Positions 1 through 11,042 are shown, counted from the whole stretch's first letter. The stretch: DNA of 58,045 bases, filler included, from Basidioascus undulatus (GCA_000826855.1; 4 parts of 4 records of this genome joined end to end with filler, not necessarily neighbours in it); one strand, 5' to 3'. Notes: generated by a model from the letters alone, not told the origin. Translations and numbers: made by a program.

Positions 1-50
1 ACTGACCTCGTCATTACTAGTGACGCGCTCTACCACTGAGCTAAGGAGGA
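1..50 (-). tRNA. tRNA-Thr(AGU), intronless, 3' end cut off by the window edge
   Basis: Minus strand reads TCCTCCT-TA-GCTC-AGTGGTA-GAGC-G-CGTCA-CT-AGT-AA-TGACG-AGGTC-AGT...: D arm, perfect 5-bp anticodon stem, AGT anticodon and variable loop. The T arm runs off the window. Confidence 0.85.
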
Positions 51-441
51 AGATGGGCTTCTACTGAATAATGATTTTAATTGTGTCTTACGGGACTCTA
101 GAAGGCCAGAAAGGTTGTTCAGAATAGGCCGAGAGTCTATGGTAAGCTAGGAGAGACGTTCGGGAGAACATTGCCCAAGAAGCTGTGTGTTTCACCAGCC
201 CATGTAGCATCCTGTCGTTGCATTGGTCAAGTGCCAAGCTGAACCGCTCATAGGAAAGCCCTTCAGTGGGTTCCGACTCTGATTGTCTGACCACATGCTT
301 GGGTATCATGAGATATTAAGATGTCACATACAAAGAAGAAAACGAATGCCAAATCCTTCAGCATTCCAAAGAGCATATAGGACGTGTGGTTGGGCAAGCG
401 TTTTTTGCGCCACCTTCCGCCCTCGTCCCCAAAACAAGTGC

Positions 442-446
442 AAAAA
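442..446 (-). terminator. RNA polymerase III terminator (T5) closing the permuted tRNA-Thr unit
   Basis: TTTTT begins 3 nt after A37 of the 5' half on the minus strand. Confidence 0.65.
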
Positions 447-449
447 TAG

Positions 450-531
450 TACGAGTGGCGCGCTCTACCACTGAGCTAAAGAGGCGACCAATTGCTGCCT
501 CTTGGCTGGATTGAACAACCGACCTCACCAT
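450..531 (-). tRNA. Circularly permuted tRNA-Thr(CGU): 3' half (531-496), 10-nt spacer (495-486), then 5' half (485-450)
   Basis: 3' half: A-TGGTG-AGGTC-GGTTG-TTCAATC-CAGCC-AAGAGGC-A. 5' half: GCCTCTT-TA-GCTC-AGTGGTA-GAGC-G-CGCCA-CT-CGT-A. Rejoined, they give a complete cloverleaf with a perfect 7-bp acceptor stem. No alternative partner halves are visible nearby. Confidence 0.8.
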
Positions 532-1050
532 TGCGCACTATAACCACTTACTTAAGCAAGCGGTGAAAGCGATTTACAGCCTAAATCTTATCTTGCGGAA
601 ACAGTACATGTCCAGGTTCGTTTGCTTCTTTACCCAAAGACTCTGAAACGAGTCTAAAAGGATCATTGTGTGTGTCTGTAAGGAAAATGAGTACTTGAAT
701 GAGGTCAGCGGGACGTAATGGATCATGACAAGACTTACATCGGACAAATCGTTCGAGAAAGTGGATTATGAAGTCCCAGTGTCTTATGTAATGATACTCG
801 GCATCAGGAAACTTTCTTGAAGTTTCACAGAATGAAATTTACAATGGGTAGGTGAGAGTAAGCGAGGGTGAATGGATTATCGCTGCTGGGCGAGGTGGCG
901 AGGCCGAAAAGACGTGAGAAGATGTGCAAATTTCTGCTGTCCGCGGCTCCGCACCCTCAAAGCAAGCTGCCTTGATCACAAGCGATCTGCTCTAGAATTC
1001 TAAGCGATCTAGTTGCGTCTGCGGTCCATGCAAGTCCTGCACCCTTCCGT

Positions 1051-1781
1051 TCATGCTGTCGTCCCCTTGGGTGGCTCGCGAACGAGCACGACCGTCCTAA
1101 ACCGCCCGCCCTCTCCGATCCGGATTTCGCCCGCCTCCTCCCATCCAAAGCGCTTGTATATGGGAAGGCCCATCGGCGTAGCCTCAATGTAGGTCGGCAA
1201 GCCCTCCGCGTCCGCCTGGTCGAGGCCCCACCGCAAGATGCGCGAGCCTGCGCCGGTTCCTTGGTGCGCTGGGTCGGTCGCCAGGATCTGGAGGACTGCA
1301 AGATAGCTACATTCAACTTCATACGGCAAACGGAAAATTTGTATTGCGACTCACAGTAATGCCGCCTTCCCTTCATGATCCGCTCCTGCGACTCCTTCAG
1401 CCCCTTCTTGAACTCCTCCCACAGGGGAATGTTTGCCTCCTCCGGCCAAGGGACCGCAGGAGCGTCCGCCTTCTTCTCTTCCTCCTCTCCCTCGGGAGGC
1501 GGAACGATCCACTTCCCATACGCGACGATCTCGCCGGTGTCGTCGCGGACGGCCTTGACGATGCGCGCGCGGCGGTCGCTCGCCAGCGCTTCGCCGTGCC
1601 GCTCGGTGTGCCATGCGATCTGGACGGGCGTGGGGCCCAGCGGGAAGAGCGCGTTGAACTGCGGGTCAGATGAGAAGGCGTGTGCGTGGATGTGCGCGAT
1701 GCGGGGGATGTTCGCGGGGGTTGCGAGGGAGAGGGTGAGTTGAGGTCGGGCAGAGCTAGGGGCTGTTGAGGTCGAGGACAT
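1051..1781 (-). CDS. GNAT-family N-acetyltransferase (2 exons; intron 1296-1354)
   Basis: Spliced protein MSSTSTAP...GRRHYFLQILATDPAHQGTGAGSRILRWGLDQADAEGLPTYIEATPMGLPIYKRFGW contains the GNAT acetyl-CoA motif (Q-G-x-G-x-G) and the C-terminal YKRFGW motif. A GTGAGT...TTGCAG intron joins the two ORFs in frame. Confidence 0.9.
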
Positions 1782-2316
1782 GATGAGGGACAGTTGAAGC
1801 GCAGAGAGAGCCGGCTGTCGTTCTTTGCGGAAGACTTCAAGGAGTGAGGAGTACAGGCACAAGCCGAGAAGGTCTTCGCGTGTGGATGGCGAGCAACAAC
1901 ACTGAGTCACATCATTCGATCATCGCCGCCAGGACGCGCAGCCTTCCGCCGCTCAGGGCAAGCTCGTCGCTCAAACTCCAACTTGTTCAGCAAGGACATG
2001 CAGCGCTGTATCGCATAAAATGTGCATGCATAGAAAACACTTTTATAGAATTATGGACTATCACACTTGACAGTGCAGACCGTGTCCAGGAACAAGGTGC
2101 CCCATTTGATCCACCCCATCATTGGAGTCGTCCCATTGTGGTCCTACATAACCCTGTTAGAATTGACCATGCGACAGGCTATGCAAGACCTCTTTCAGAA
2201 CGGAGTACCAAAAACAATGTCGAGATGCTTTAGGATTACGATGCATTGCCTATTCGCCGACTGTTTAACATATGCTCTATGTCTATTGCTTAACCTACAG
2301 GAAGTATTGAAGGCAT

Positions 2317-4104
2317 TCAAGCGGCCTTCTCGCGCTTGACCAAAAGGTGCTCGGAGAAGTCGCCAACAGGAAGGGTAAACGGCATGTTGACGGCGGAGAA
2401 AAGCTGTGCTGCGAGGAGATCTGGAAGCACGACCCACATGTTAATGTGGGGTCGGGCGCTGAAAATGAAGGAAGTGCAGCTTACACCAACCGCCCCTGTG
2501 CAACGTAAGAGTCACAGGGTGAGCCCGACGAACCTTCAGGAATTTTAAAGAATACCTAAGCTAAGCAACTCACATGGAGCAGGCAAAGCCGATCGCACCG
2601 CCAGCCACAATCAGGTCGCTCGCGTCTTTGCCCTGGGCCAGGGCCTGAGAGAATGGCGGCGAGCAGTCAGTTTCAATCGCGAGTAAGTGTGAAATTAGGC
2701 ATTCTCACGTAATACGCGCCGGCGAGAACCCATGCCTCAATCGTGATCGTCAACATGATCCAGAAGAAGACTGCCCGAGGGGACGGCTGTTCAGCCTGTG
2801 GAGCGGCTGGCTGCAGGCTCTGTGGCACTTACCGAAGTTAGTTCGCAGCGTGCAGATTGTGTAAATAAAACACATAATTCCAAAGATCATAAGCTGTGAA
2901 AGGGACCCATTCAGCCGACGGGCACATGCGGTGAGGCAGGACGAATGAGACGCACGTAGTGACCGATGCCGACGTTGTATGCGACGGTCGTTGCGCCAGC
3001 GGCGGCATCACCGAGTGCGAAAGAAGCGGCAACCCCCAAAGTTGGGTTAATTAGTGAGGCGTAAAACTGGATTGTACAAGCTTCAGCATGGACGGTGCGG
3101 AGGGCGAGAGCATGATGCGAGAGCGTGATGCGACGCACAAGCCAGAACTACAGTGAGAGTCGAGTGGGTTATTCAGACTTCCAATCCTCATCTGGTATTG
3201 TCAACGGGTACTTACTCCGCCGAAAGTTCCAATGATTACGAAGGGAAGAGTGTTGCCTGCCGGGAGGGGAGAGCGACGCTGTTAGCGAGGGCTCGTAGAC
3301 TTGCGAAGTTTCCTTGTTGTGACTTACCGACGATGAACTCCATGATCGCCACGATGGTTTGGACTGAATTTGTGATCCGCTTTTATCAGACTCTGAGGAA
3401 CCTGTGGACGACGTTGTGGCGCTGTGGCTACTCACCCATGCCGCCGAAGAAGATGATAGTGCCGCTGTTTGCACAGGGTCAGTCAAGCTCAGAGGTTTGA
3501 AGTATCATAGGCCGCACATATCTGAGGAAACATTCGAGGTCAGATCTCATGTGGTGTCGGAACAAGGACGAATGAATGAAATCCTCACGAGTTGTAGCAG
3601 AGGCCGGCGTCGCGCCACGCCATCCCACTATGCTGACAGGTCAGATTCAAGCGGGACGCCAAGATTAAGGAAGTCCAACAGACTGAGGTCCATAGAAAGA
3701 ACAGTCAAGTTGGTGGCGAACGCCGCCATCCCCAGAGGGGTCGGGTTCGCGAGACTGCCGAAGCGGGTGTGAGCTTTCACAATTCCTTCCTCAGTGAAGA
3801 AGAACGAAACACCCACATCTTGTTCAGCCCTCCCTTGATGTAAGGGTCCCGGGGCTGGAGGTAAAGGCTCTGGAAACCAAGCGAAGATGAGTCTGCGTCC
3901 GCCTGCCGTTACGCTGGACGGTGAACGCCGCCGCTCACCTCAAACTGAGCTTGAGTGAGAGTGATCTGCGGCGCTGCTGGGTTCGTCGGCAAGGCTTCAA
4001 GACTCTGGGTGATCAGCGTGCAAAACCGTCAACGACGTCGTGGAATGCTCACCGTTGTTGATATGCGCCGTCTGGGCCTGCCCCTTCTCTGCGGCGTCGC
4101 TCAT
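2317..4104 (-). CDS. GPR1/FUN34/YaaH (Ato/Ady2-type) acetate transporter, many small exons
   Basis: Signature FGSLANPTPLGMAAFATNLTVLS, followed after splicing by [39 protein letters not shown] and a C-terminal FTLPVGDFS. The start ATG at 4104 is inferred. Confidence 0.85.
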
Positions 4105-4734
4105 AGTAGTAGGATACAAGATTACAGGGGGTGTAGATCGTCAATAGCGTGAGTCGTGGATGATTGAGACGATGATTGTGAGCCTTCAGGTGGTGAGGGG
4201 TCGTGGATTCAGAGCAGCAGATATTCAAAAAAGCAGGGTACAGCGCCTCCTTTCCCATGCACGCTCGGACTGCTGGTTTGAGCGCGACGCACCGATCATA
4301 CCCGCCGCCCAACTCTATGATGGCGTCCAATTTCAGCCCATAGTGACCATCTTGGCTCGGAAAAAGACCTCCGCATCCTGAACTAGCATTGCAAGCGACG
4401 GAAACCACGCAGCGCAAGTCCGACGCAGGCCCGAGACTATTTCGTGTGCGCAGGGTCCGTATAAAGCCGGGCAACGGTGGCTTTCCTCGTGAACCTAGTT
4501 CGTGGAGCTATTGCCCACCAGCCCGAGCAATCTGTGGCATGGGCGATAAAATTATCCGGAATGGTGTGTCCAAAGGGCTGCACGCTGCAGGCGCATTCTG
4601 AGGAAGACGAGAGGGGCTGGGAGAGGGGCGTGCGCCTGTATGCGCGCGACCTGCAGCGGCGACCTGCAGAGGTCGATGCGTACACGGGTCCAAGCGTGTA
4701 CTCTGATCATCTTGGCTGCCAAGGTTCGGGGTAA

Positions 4735-4765
4735 GCGGGGCTGCGGGGCTGCGGGGCTGCGGGGC
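4735..4765 (+). repeat. Tandem 8-mer GCGGGGCT x~4 (each unit contains an SYGGRG CreA/Mig1-like core)
   Basis: gcggggct gcggggct gcggggct gcggggc read directly, in the divergent intergenic region between the Ato gene and the GCR1_C gene. Confidence 0.8.
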
Positions 4766-6183
4766 CCGTAGAGTCCGCCCAGCGGGCCCCCCAACCGCTC
4801 AAATTGAAGTTGACTGAAGCCAGCCAGCCCCGGCAACTGCAAGGGACCTCCGCACTACCTCCGCACCGAGGTCCATCTTGAAAGTCACGAAAAATCCAAG
4901 CGAATAACGAGTAACAGTTCAGGGTGTTTCGTACGCTGCTAACATGCTGCCTCGCTCGCTCTTCCGAAGATCCCATCTGCAGGCAGTTTGTCCAGCAGTC
5001 TAAGACGTTTCAACTCCCCGCAGCAACCTGGCCAGTGCACCGCAGAGGCGGTCAACCTATTCTGGAAGGTGCAGCAGAGTCATGGGCTAGGTTTGGGTTG
5101 CGTGCTTGCACTGCACTTGACTGCACGGCTTTGGCCCTCCTGCGTGAGCCCGGGCAGGAAAGACTGGGTGTACCTCTTTCTACTTGAGACACTGCATCTT
5201 GGAACAGGAGATGCTTTGATTGAGGTTGCGGGGCTTGTAACGTCTGCTTAGCGGCTAACGGCCCAAGCTAAAATTGGCTGAAGCCAGTCTGGCCCAACGC
5301 GCAAGGATCTCCACACCGAAGACCGGCCTGTAGCCACGAAAAATCGCAAAAAATGCAAGCACACAGTTCTGTATATTTCCTATACTCAGTCAACACTTCC
5401 GAACAAGCCCATTTGCAGGCAGGGCGTCGCGAGTCGTCGCGCAGAGAGCACTGGCGCAGTGACACTGGGAAGAGTCGCGCTTGAAGAACGTTGCCATGGC
5501 TTCCTTCGCTTTAGTATGGCATTGTTTACTTGTTCCCATTTCTTCATCAGCTCAACAATGATAAGCCACATAGCCCGAAACTACGCTGTGAGGCGCACCC
5601 GCCCCAAGCCCCAGAGAAGTCCACACTCCTGCTCCGAGCTGAGCGGTAGTTATGATTTGCGTCAGGCAGAGTGACTTGAGAATTGTGATTGATATGACTT
5701 CAAGAAGGGTATACAGTCGAATCTTTTCGCGCCCCACTGGATACCTGACCGCAGGGGTACTATGCCATGATTCCTCAGACGCAACTCCATAGGTACCAAG
5801 GTTTACCAACACGTGACGGAGTTAAGAGCTTCCTACTTTCCATTCGATTGTATCGAGAGAACGGAGGACAACTAGGAAATTCGGTCTCTTTGAGGTTCAT
5901 CACCAGCTCAACAGTGCCTGGAACCACACAACGAAGCCTGAAGATGACTCTTCGACAACGGTCTTCTCCAGGAGACATGGAATAGATTTATCAGAAAGAT
6001 GTTGTCTATTGATAGCCATCCAATTCTTTGTGGTGAAGATTGTTGAAGCTGAAGTGCCCGCTCCACCCCGGAGTGCCGCGGACGGCCATTGGTGAGCTTT
6101 CCGAGTTTCGCCTCCGAAACCGGACTGGGTTCAACTCGCCCCCACAACTCGCTCGAAATCGCAATCGCGCCGCTCCCCGAAAG

Positions 6184-8060
6184 ATGGCCTCCAGGCAAGA
6201 CACCCCTTCCTTGCTCCTCAACCACCACCACCACCACGCCATGAATCCGCGTTTGCTTATTTCCGGCCTGCGCCTGCAGCGACAGCGGTATCCTCTCGTT
6301 GCCTACGAATTGCATAGGGCAGCCTCAGGCTCAGCAGCAGCAGCAGCACCAGCCGCCCCCCCCGCCAGCCCAGCAGCAACAGCAGCCGAATCCCTCCCTG
6401 GCGCATTCTCCGTCGGCGCAGTCGCAGCAGTCCATGGGAGCCGCGATCCTCGCCAAGCTGGACAGCATCACGCGCGCACTCAACAACGTCGAGGGCACGG
6501 TCGCGAACCTGACGGGCCAGGTGGACGCGCTCACGGAGGACATTGGCGGGCTGCGCGGGGAGGTCGCGAGCGCGTGGGGCGAGCTCAAATCGTTGCAGAA
6601 GGAATTGAGGGGCGAGAGGGAGCCGGAGGTGCAGTTAACGGCGCAGGTGAGTGAGCGCGTTGGTGTCCTGGGAGACGCACGCGCATTTGCAGGGAATTGA
6701 TCTTACCATGACCTTTCTTGCAGCAAATTGCTTTCCTCGACTCTATGAACCTCCCGCACACGGCCGAGGGCTTGACAAAGCTCCATAATCTCGCGAGCAA
6801 TGTGCGTGACGCTACAGATTCTGCTTCCGACCGGCTGATCACTGAGCGCGCTTCTTTTCCCTGCAGATCATGTCCACTCTCAAGCCCCCAGCTTCAGCGA
6901 CGCCCGAACCGGCACCGCCGACGCCCGCGGCCCCTCTGTTCCCGGGCCTCTCCCCCGGCGCGCTCTCTGCCTTGGCCGGCCTAGCCAACGGGAATGCGAA
7001 CGCGATCCCCACCCCCTCGTCCTCCAAATTCTCCAACTCCGCCGCTCCCCAGCCGCCCTCCACGCCCGCGGGCCCATACCCCTCCGTCTTAGCTCCCTCC
7101 GCCGCGGCTCTTCCCTCTTCCCAGCCTCCTCCGCAACCCCCGCAGCCCCGCCGCTCGGTCAGCACGCCTCGCAGCGCCCCGCAGCTCTCGCGCAAGCGCA
7201 AGACGCCTCCGCCCGCCGAGCCCAACAAGGGGTCGGGACCGAACGGGGAGCTCACGAAGGAGGAGAATGAGATGAGCTATAGGCTGTGCCAGACCCACAC
7301 GACGGTCGCGCAGCTCTGGGAAGAATGGACGGTCGGGATCAACGGCGGGCCTAGCGTGGAATATCTGTGAGTTCATTCTTGCACAACTGTTCTGCGCCAG
7401 TTAATGCTGATTGTTTAATCATGCAGGGAGCGCACCTGTTCGTCCGAGGCCTGTCTTGACTCGGTCGACGAATCGCTGACCGCGCAGCACAGACTCGACG
7501 AAGTGGCGCCCAACGCCCGCAACGCGGCAATACTACTACAACCGGCGCACCATCATCGAAGTGCGCTTTCTCCTGTCCTACGTCCTGCAATATTTTCCAT
7601 GCCTCTTGCTAACAACCGCTGCTCGGGCTCGCTGATGTACAGGAGATCAACCGTATCGCGGACAGGCTCGACGAGTCCCTCCCGCTCGAGGAGCGCCAGC
7701 GCATGGCGGTCGAGGAGCTCGACAAGACGCGCTCGGAGGGGTTCGGCTCTCTGGATTGGCTCATCAAGCATGTACGACCTGCCTGCCTCTCCTGATCCCA
7801 CACCCGGAGCTGATCCGCCGCCTTTATTTGGGAAGATCAAGGACAAGCAGTTCGAGTCCGGCGAGCGGTACATTCTTTTCTCATCTGTTGCCCTGGACGG
7901 AGTCGACTGAGCATCTTGCCTAAACAGAAAACGCAAGGTGCGGAAGAGCAAGGACGGCGAGGACGCGTCGGGAGGCGGCGCAGAAGGCGACAACGACGGT
8001 CCGTTCGCGCAGGGGCGCCATTTCACGCCGGCCGCGTTCCAGTCGACCTTCAAAACCTGA
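6184..8060 (+). CDS. GCR1_C-domain transcription regulator (Gcr1/Msn1/Hot1-like) with His/Gln tracts and a coiled coil
   Basis: YRLCQTHTTVAQLWEEWTVGINGGPSVEYL...DEKWRPTPATRQYYYNRRTIIE...EINRIADR matches the GCR1_C pattern. N-terminal HHHHH/QQQQQ tracts and a heptad segment; multiple GT-AG introns. Confidence 0.8.
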
Positions 8061-8324
8061 TCATCAGCTCGTTCCTTTTGACCAACAAATTGTAGTATGT
8101 CATTTCGCGTTGTTTTGTACTTCTCGAGGCGTCGCTTCGGCGTGAGCTCGAGCCCTGCCAGTGGTGGCTTTTATATTCTACTTCCACACGTAATATGTTC
8201 CCAGTCCGGGGTTCTACCATTATTTGATGATCCACCTGTCAGACGGGCTTTCGAAACGGAAAATGCAGACCGGCAAAGACGCGCGGGTTTGCGTTTCTGA
8301 GGGATCGTACGTAACGCGAGGCCG

Positions 8325-8602
8325 TTATCGCACATTGTTGCGTAAGTAGCGCAGCTCGCAGCCCCGGCTTATCGCGACTCAATGCCCTGCTCGAGCTCTT
8401 GCCACTGCGAAGTTCGCCAAGACATCATATCTTCTCGACGCTACACCGATATCCCGGTCAAGGGCTGCCAGTAAGGCTCACCGCGTCGTCGAGCGGAGCG
8501 TTGCGATAAGCGGTGTAAAAGGCTGCTGTTGCAGGCTCAGGCTCCCGCGACTCGCCCACATTCACTCCCCGCATTCTTCCTCGTCAGCTGCGGATCTCGA
8601 TA
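8325..8602. promoter_or_regulatory. GATA-site cluster upstream of the ammonium transporter (nitrogen catabolite repression, AreA/Gat1-type)
   Basis: TTATC 8325, CTTATC 8368, ATATCT 8427, CGATATC 8447, GATAAG 8505 and GATA 8599, all within ~330 nt of the Amt ATG. Confidence 0.55.
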
Positions 8603-8650
8603 CACTAATATAATCATCTACCTCATATCGGACTGGGAAACTCGGTCAAC

Positions 8651-11042
8651 ATGGTCGATTACGCTGCCGTTGCGGAGGGGTACAACGCTGGCGATGTGAG
8701 CTGCCTGCAATGTCTTCCGCCAGAATGGCTGAGGGCTGACTCGCGGTGGGTGTAGATGGCGTGGGTCATCGCTGCTACTGTCTTTTTCGGTAACTATTCT
8801 TGATCGTATTCCTAACGAGAGGTCAGAATTGATGAAAATCACGCAGGGGGATCGTTCCGGGCATTGGCGTCAGTGTTCAAGGCGTTTAAGGGAGGCGTTT
8901 TGAGGCTGACAGGAACGACCGCACCGCAGTTTCTCTATTCCGGATATACGACGCGGAAGAATGCCCTAGCTACAGTGTGGATGTCCTGCATGGTCCTGGC
9001 AGTAGTCTCAGTGCAGGTGGGTGTCTCAAACCCTGGCTCTCTCAAACGCGAGCTCATCGACCTGTGCCATCCCCACAGTGGATGCTCTTCGGTTACTCCC
9101 TGGCCTACGGCCCCGGCGACGCCTACATCGGTGACGCGACCTACTTTGGGCACAAGGGCGTGATGGAGGAGCCCGTGTACGCGATCCCCGCGATGCTGTA
9201 CTCCGTATTCCAGAGCATCTTCGCGTGCGCGACCATGGCCATCGTCATGGGCGGGTGTGCAGAGAGGGCGCGCTTGACACCCTTGCCGGTGTTCATGTTC
9301 CTTTGGGCGACTATTGTCTACTGCGTGAGTACCCAGTCAACTCAGCCTCAAGCTGCGAGACCAACGACCTGACCGCCTGCCCACAGCCGATCGCGCACTG
9401 GACGTGGGCTGAGAATGGATGGTTGTACACTCTAGGGGCTTTGGACTGTATCAGCTTCTTACACCTCTCTTAGTATTTGTAAACACTGACGGTAAAGACG
9501 TTACTGTCAGTCGCCGGCGGTTCACCCGTCCACATCGCCTCTGGCGCCGCGTCGATGGCTATCTCCATGTACCTCTCGAAGCCGCTCTTCCGCTCGAAGA
9601 AGTCCGCCAAGCGCTCGCTGCGGGTTCTGGTAGACCACAAGCCTCACAATCTCCTCCAGCTTACGCTGGCATGTGTGTACGTAACGAAGGAAGTGCCTCT
9701 GGAAAGGACCGGGACTGACGCTCCTGCCGCACAGCTTCATATGGGGCGGCTGTGAGTACGCTCTGTGAATTTTTTGGCCAATTCAATTCACGTCCCTATC
9801 CTTATAGGGCTGTCGTTCGACGGGGCATCGACATTGGCTCTGAAGTCAGTAATGCCGTCTGGATTCGGTTGAGGCGCTCACTGATGCTATGATGCTCCTG
9901 CCTCCGATTAGCCTTCGCTCTGCTGTTGCTCTCACCAACACCCAATTCAGCGGGAGCATGGGGTGCGATTACTTGGTCACTCTGGGAGGTAGAATCTTTC
10001 CCATATTCCCCCGTCGATCGGCACTGAAGCCCGCACATACCTCCAGTACAAGGCCACTGGCAAATGGTCTATGGCCGCCTTCGTGTCTGGTGCCATCTCA
10101 GGGTTGGTTGCGATCACCCCCGGTTGCGGCTTTGTTGGCCTCCCTGCCTCCCTGCTTTTCGGAGCTGCTGGTGGTACTTGTGCGTGGTCCCAATCCCCGA
10201 AGTCTTCGCGTCTATCAAGGGCTGTCTAATGAGGTCTTGATCCTTCAGGCTGCTACTGGATCTCCAAATTCAAGCACACCTCGCTGGCCCGCAAGATTGG
10301 ATGGTGGGCCGCTGGATGCTTCCCCTTTCCAAACCCATGGTGTCTTGACTTGTATTTTTCTGAAGGTGCGACCCCGCGGACGTGACCGGCTCGCACTGGG
10401 CAGGCCGCATCATCGGAAACTGCTTGACTGGAATGTGAGTTCACCGGCATATTCAGACCCACGACAGCGAAATCTCACACTGCGTCTTGAGCGTCCCCAG
10501 CTTCGCCCAGGCGTCTATTGCTGCCACTGACGGATCGACGGTGATCCCAGGTGGGCGAGACTGTTTCTCGAGTAGTGCAATAGCGGGACCTCATTACTTC
10601 CGGGGGTTCCTTTTTTTCTAGGTGGTTGGCTTGACTCGAACTTCAAACAAGTGCATTCGAACCGGCATGTTCACTCGGATATCCCAGCACAGCTCGCTAA
10701 TCGTCTGAACCCCTGCAGCTCGGCATCCAGATCGCCGACTGCGTCTCCGTGACAGCCTACTCCTTTGTGGTCACCTACATCCTCGTCTGCCTTATCGACT
10801 GCATCCCGGGCCTCGAGGTCCTTGCGACGGACGACGACATTGTCGACGGCATCGACAAGGTTTTCAACGGCGAGAGCTTCGGCCCCGAGCAGTGGGCGGA
10901 CGAGGAGGAGTACCACCCATTCCTCGGCCAAGACGCGAGGTCTGCTCGTCCGGACATTGAGTTTGGGTGGGCGGAGAGCGGGCAGAGCTCGGCGAAGGGA
11001 AAGCACGAGTCGGATTTCGAGGTAGAGGAGGTGAAGGGCTGA
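8651..11042 (+). CDS. Amt/Mep ammonium transporter, multi-exon, with two apparent 1-nt frame discrepancies
   Basis: Motifs GIVPGIGFLYSG, QWMLFGYSLAYG, LYSVFQSIFACATMAIVMGGCAER, ATIVYC-PIAHWTW, ALDFAGGSPVHIASG and GLVAITPGCGFV. Confidence 0.9.

Noticed and set aside
60..960. Two ordinary intron-containing tRNA-Thr genes in tandem, as an explanation for the halves at 450-485 and 496-531
   Set aside because: I found no 3' half (T arm/acceptor) between 60 and 449 and no intact 5' half between 541 and 960. A T5 terminator directly follows the 5' half.
6184..8060. Crypton transposon
   Set aside because: A GCR1_C domain is present, but there is no tyrosine-recombinase domain or element boundary. 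It reads as a host regulator.
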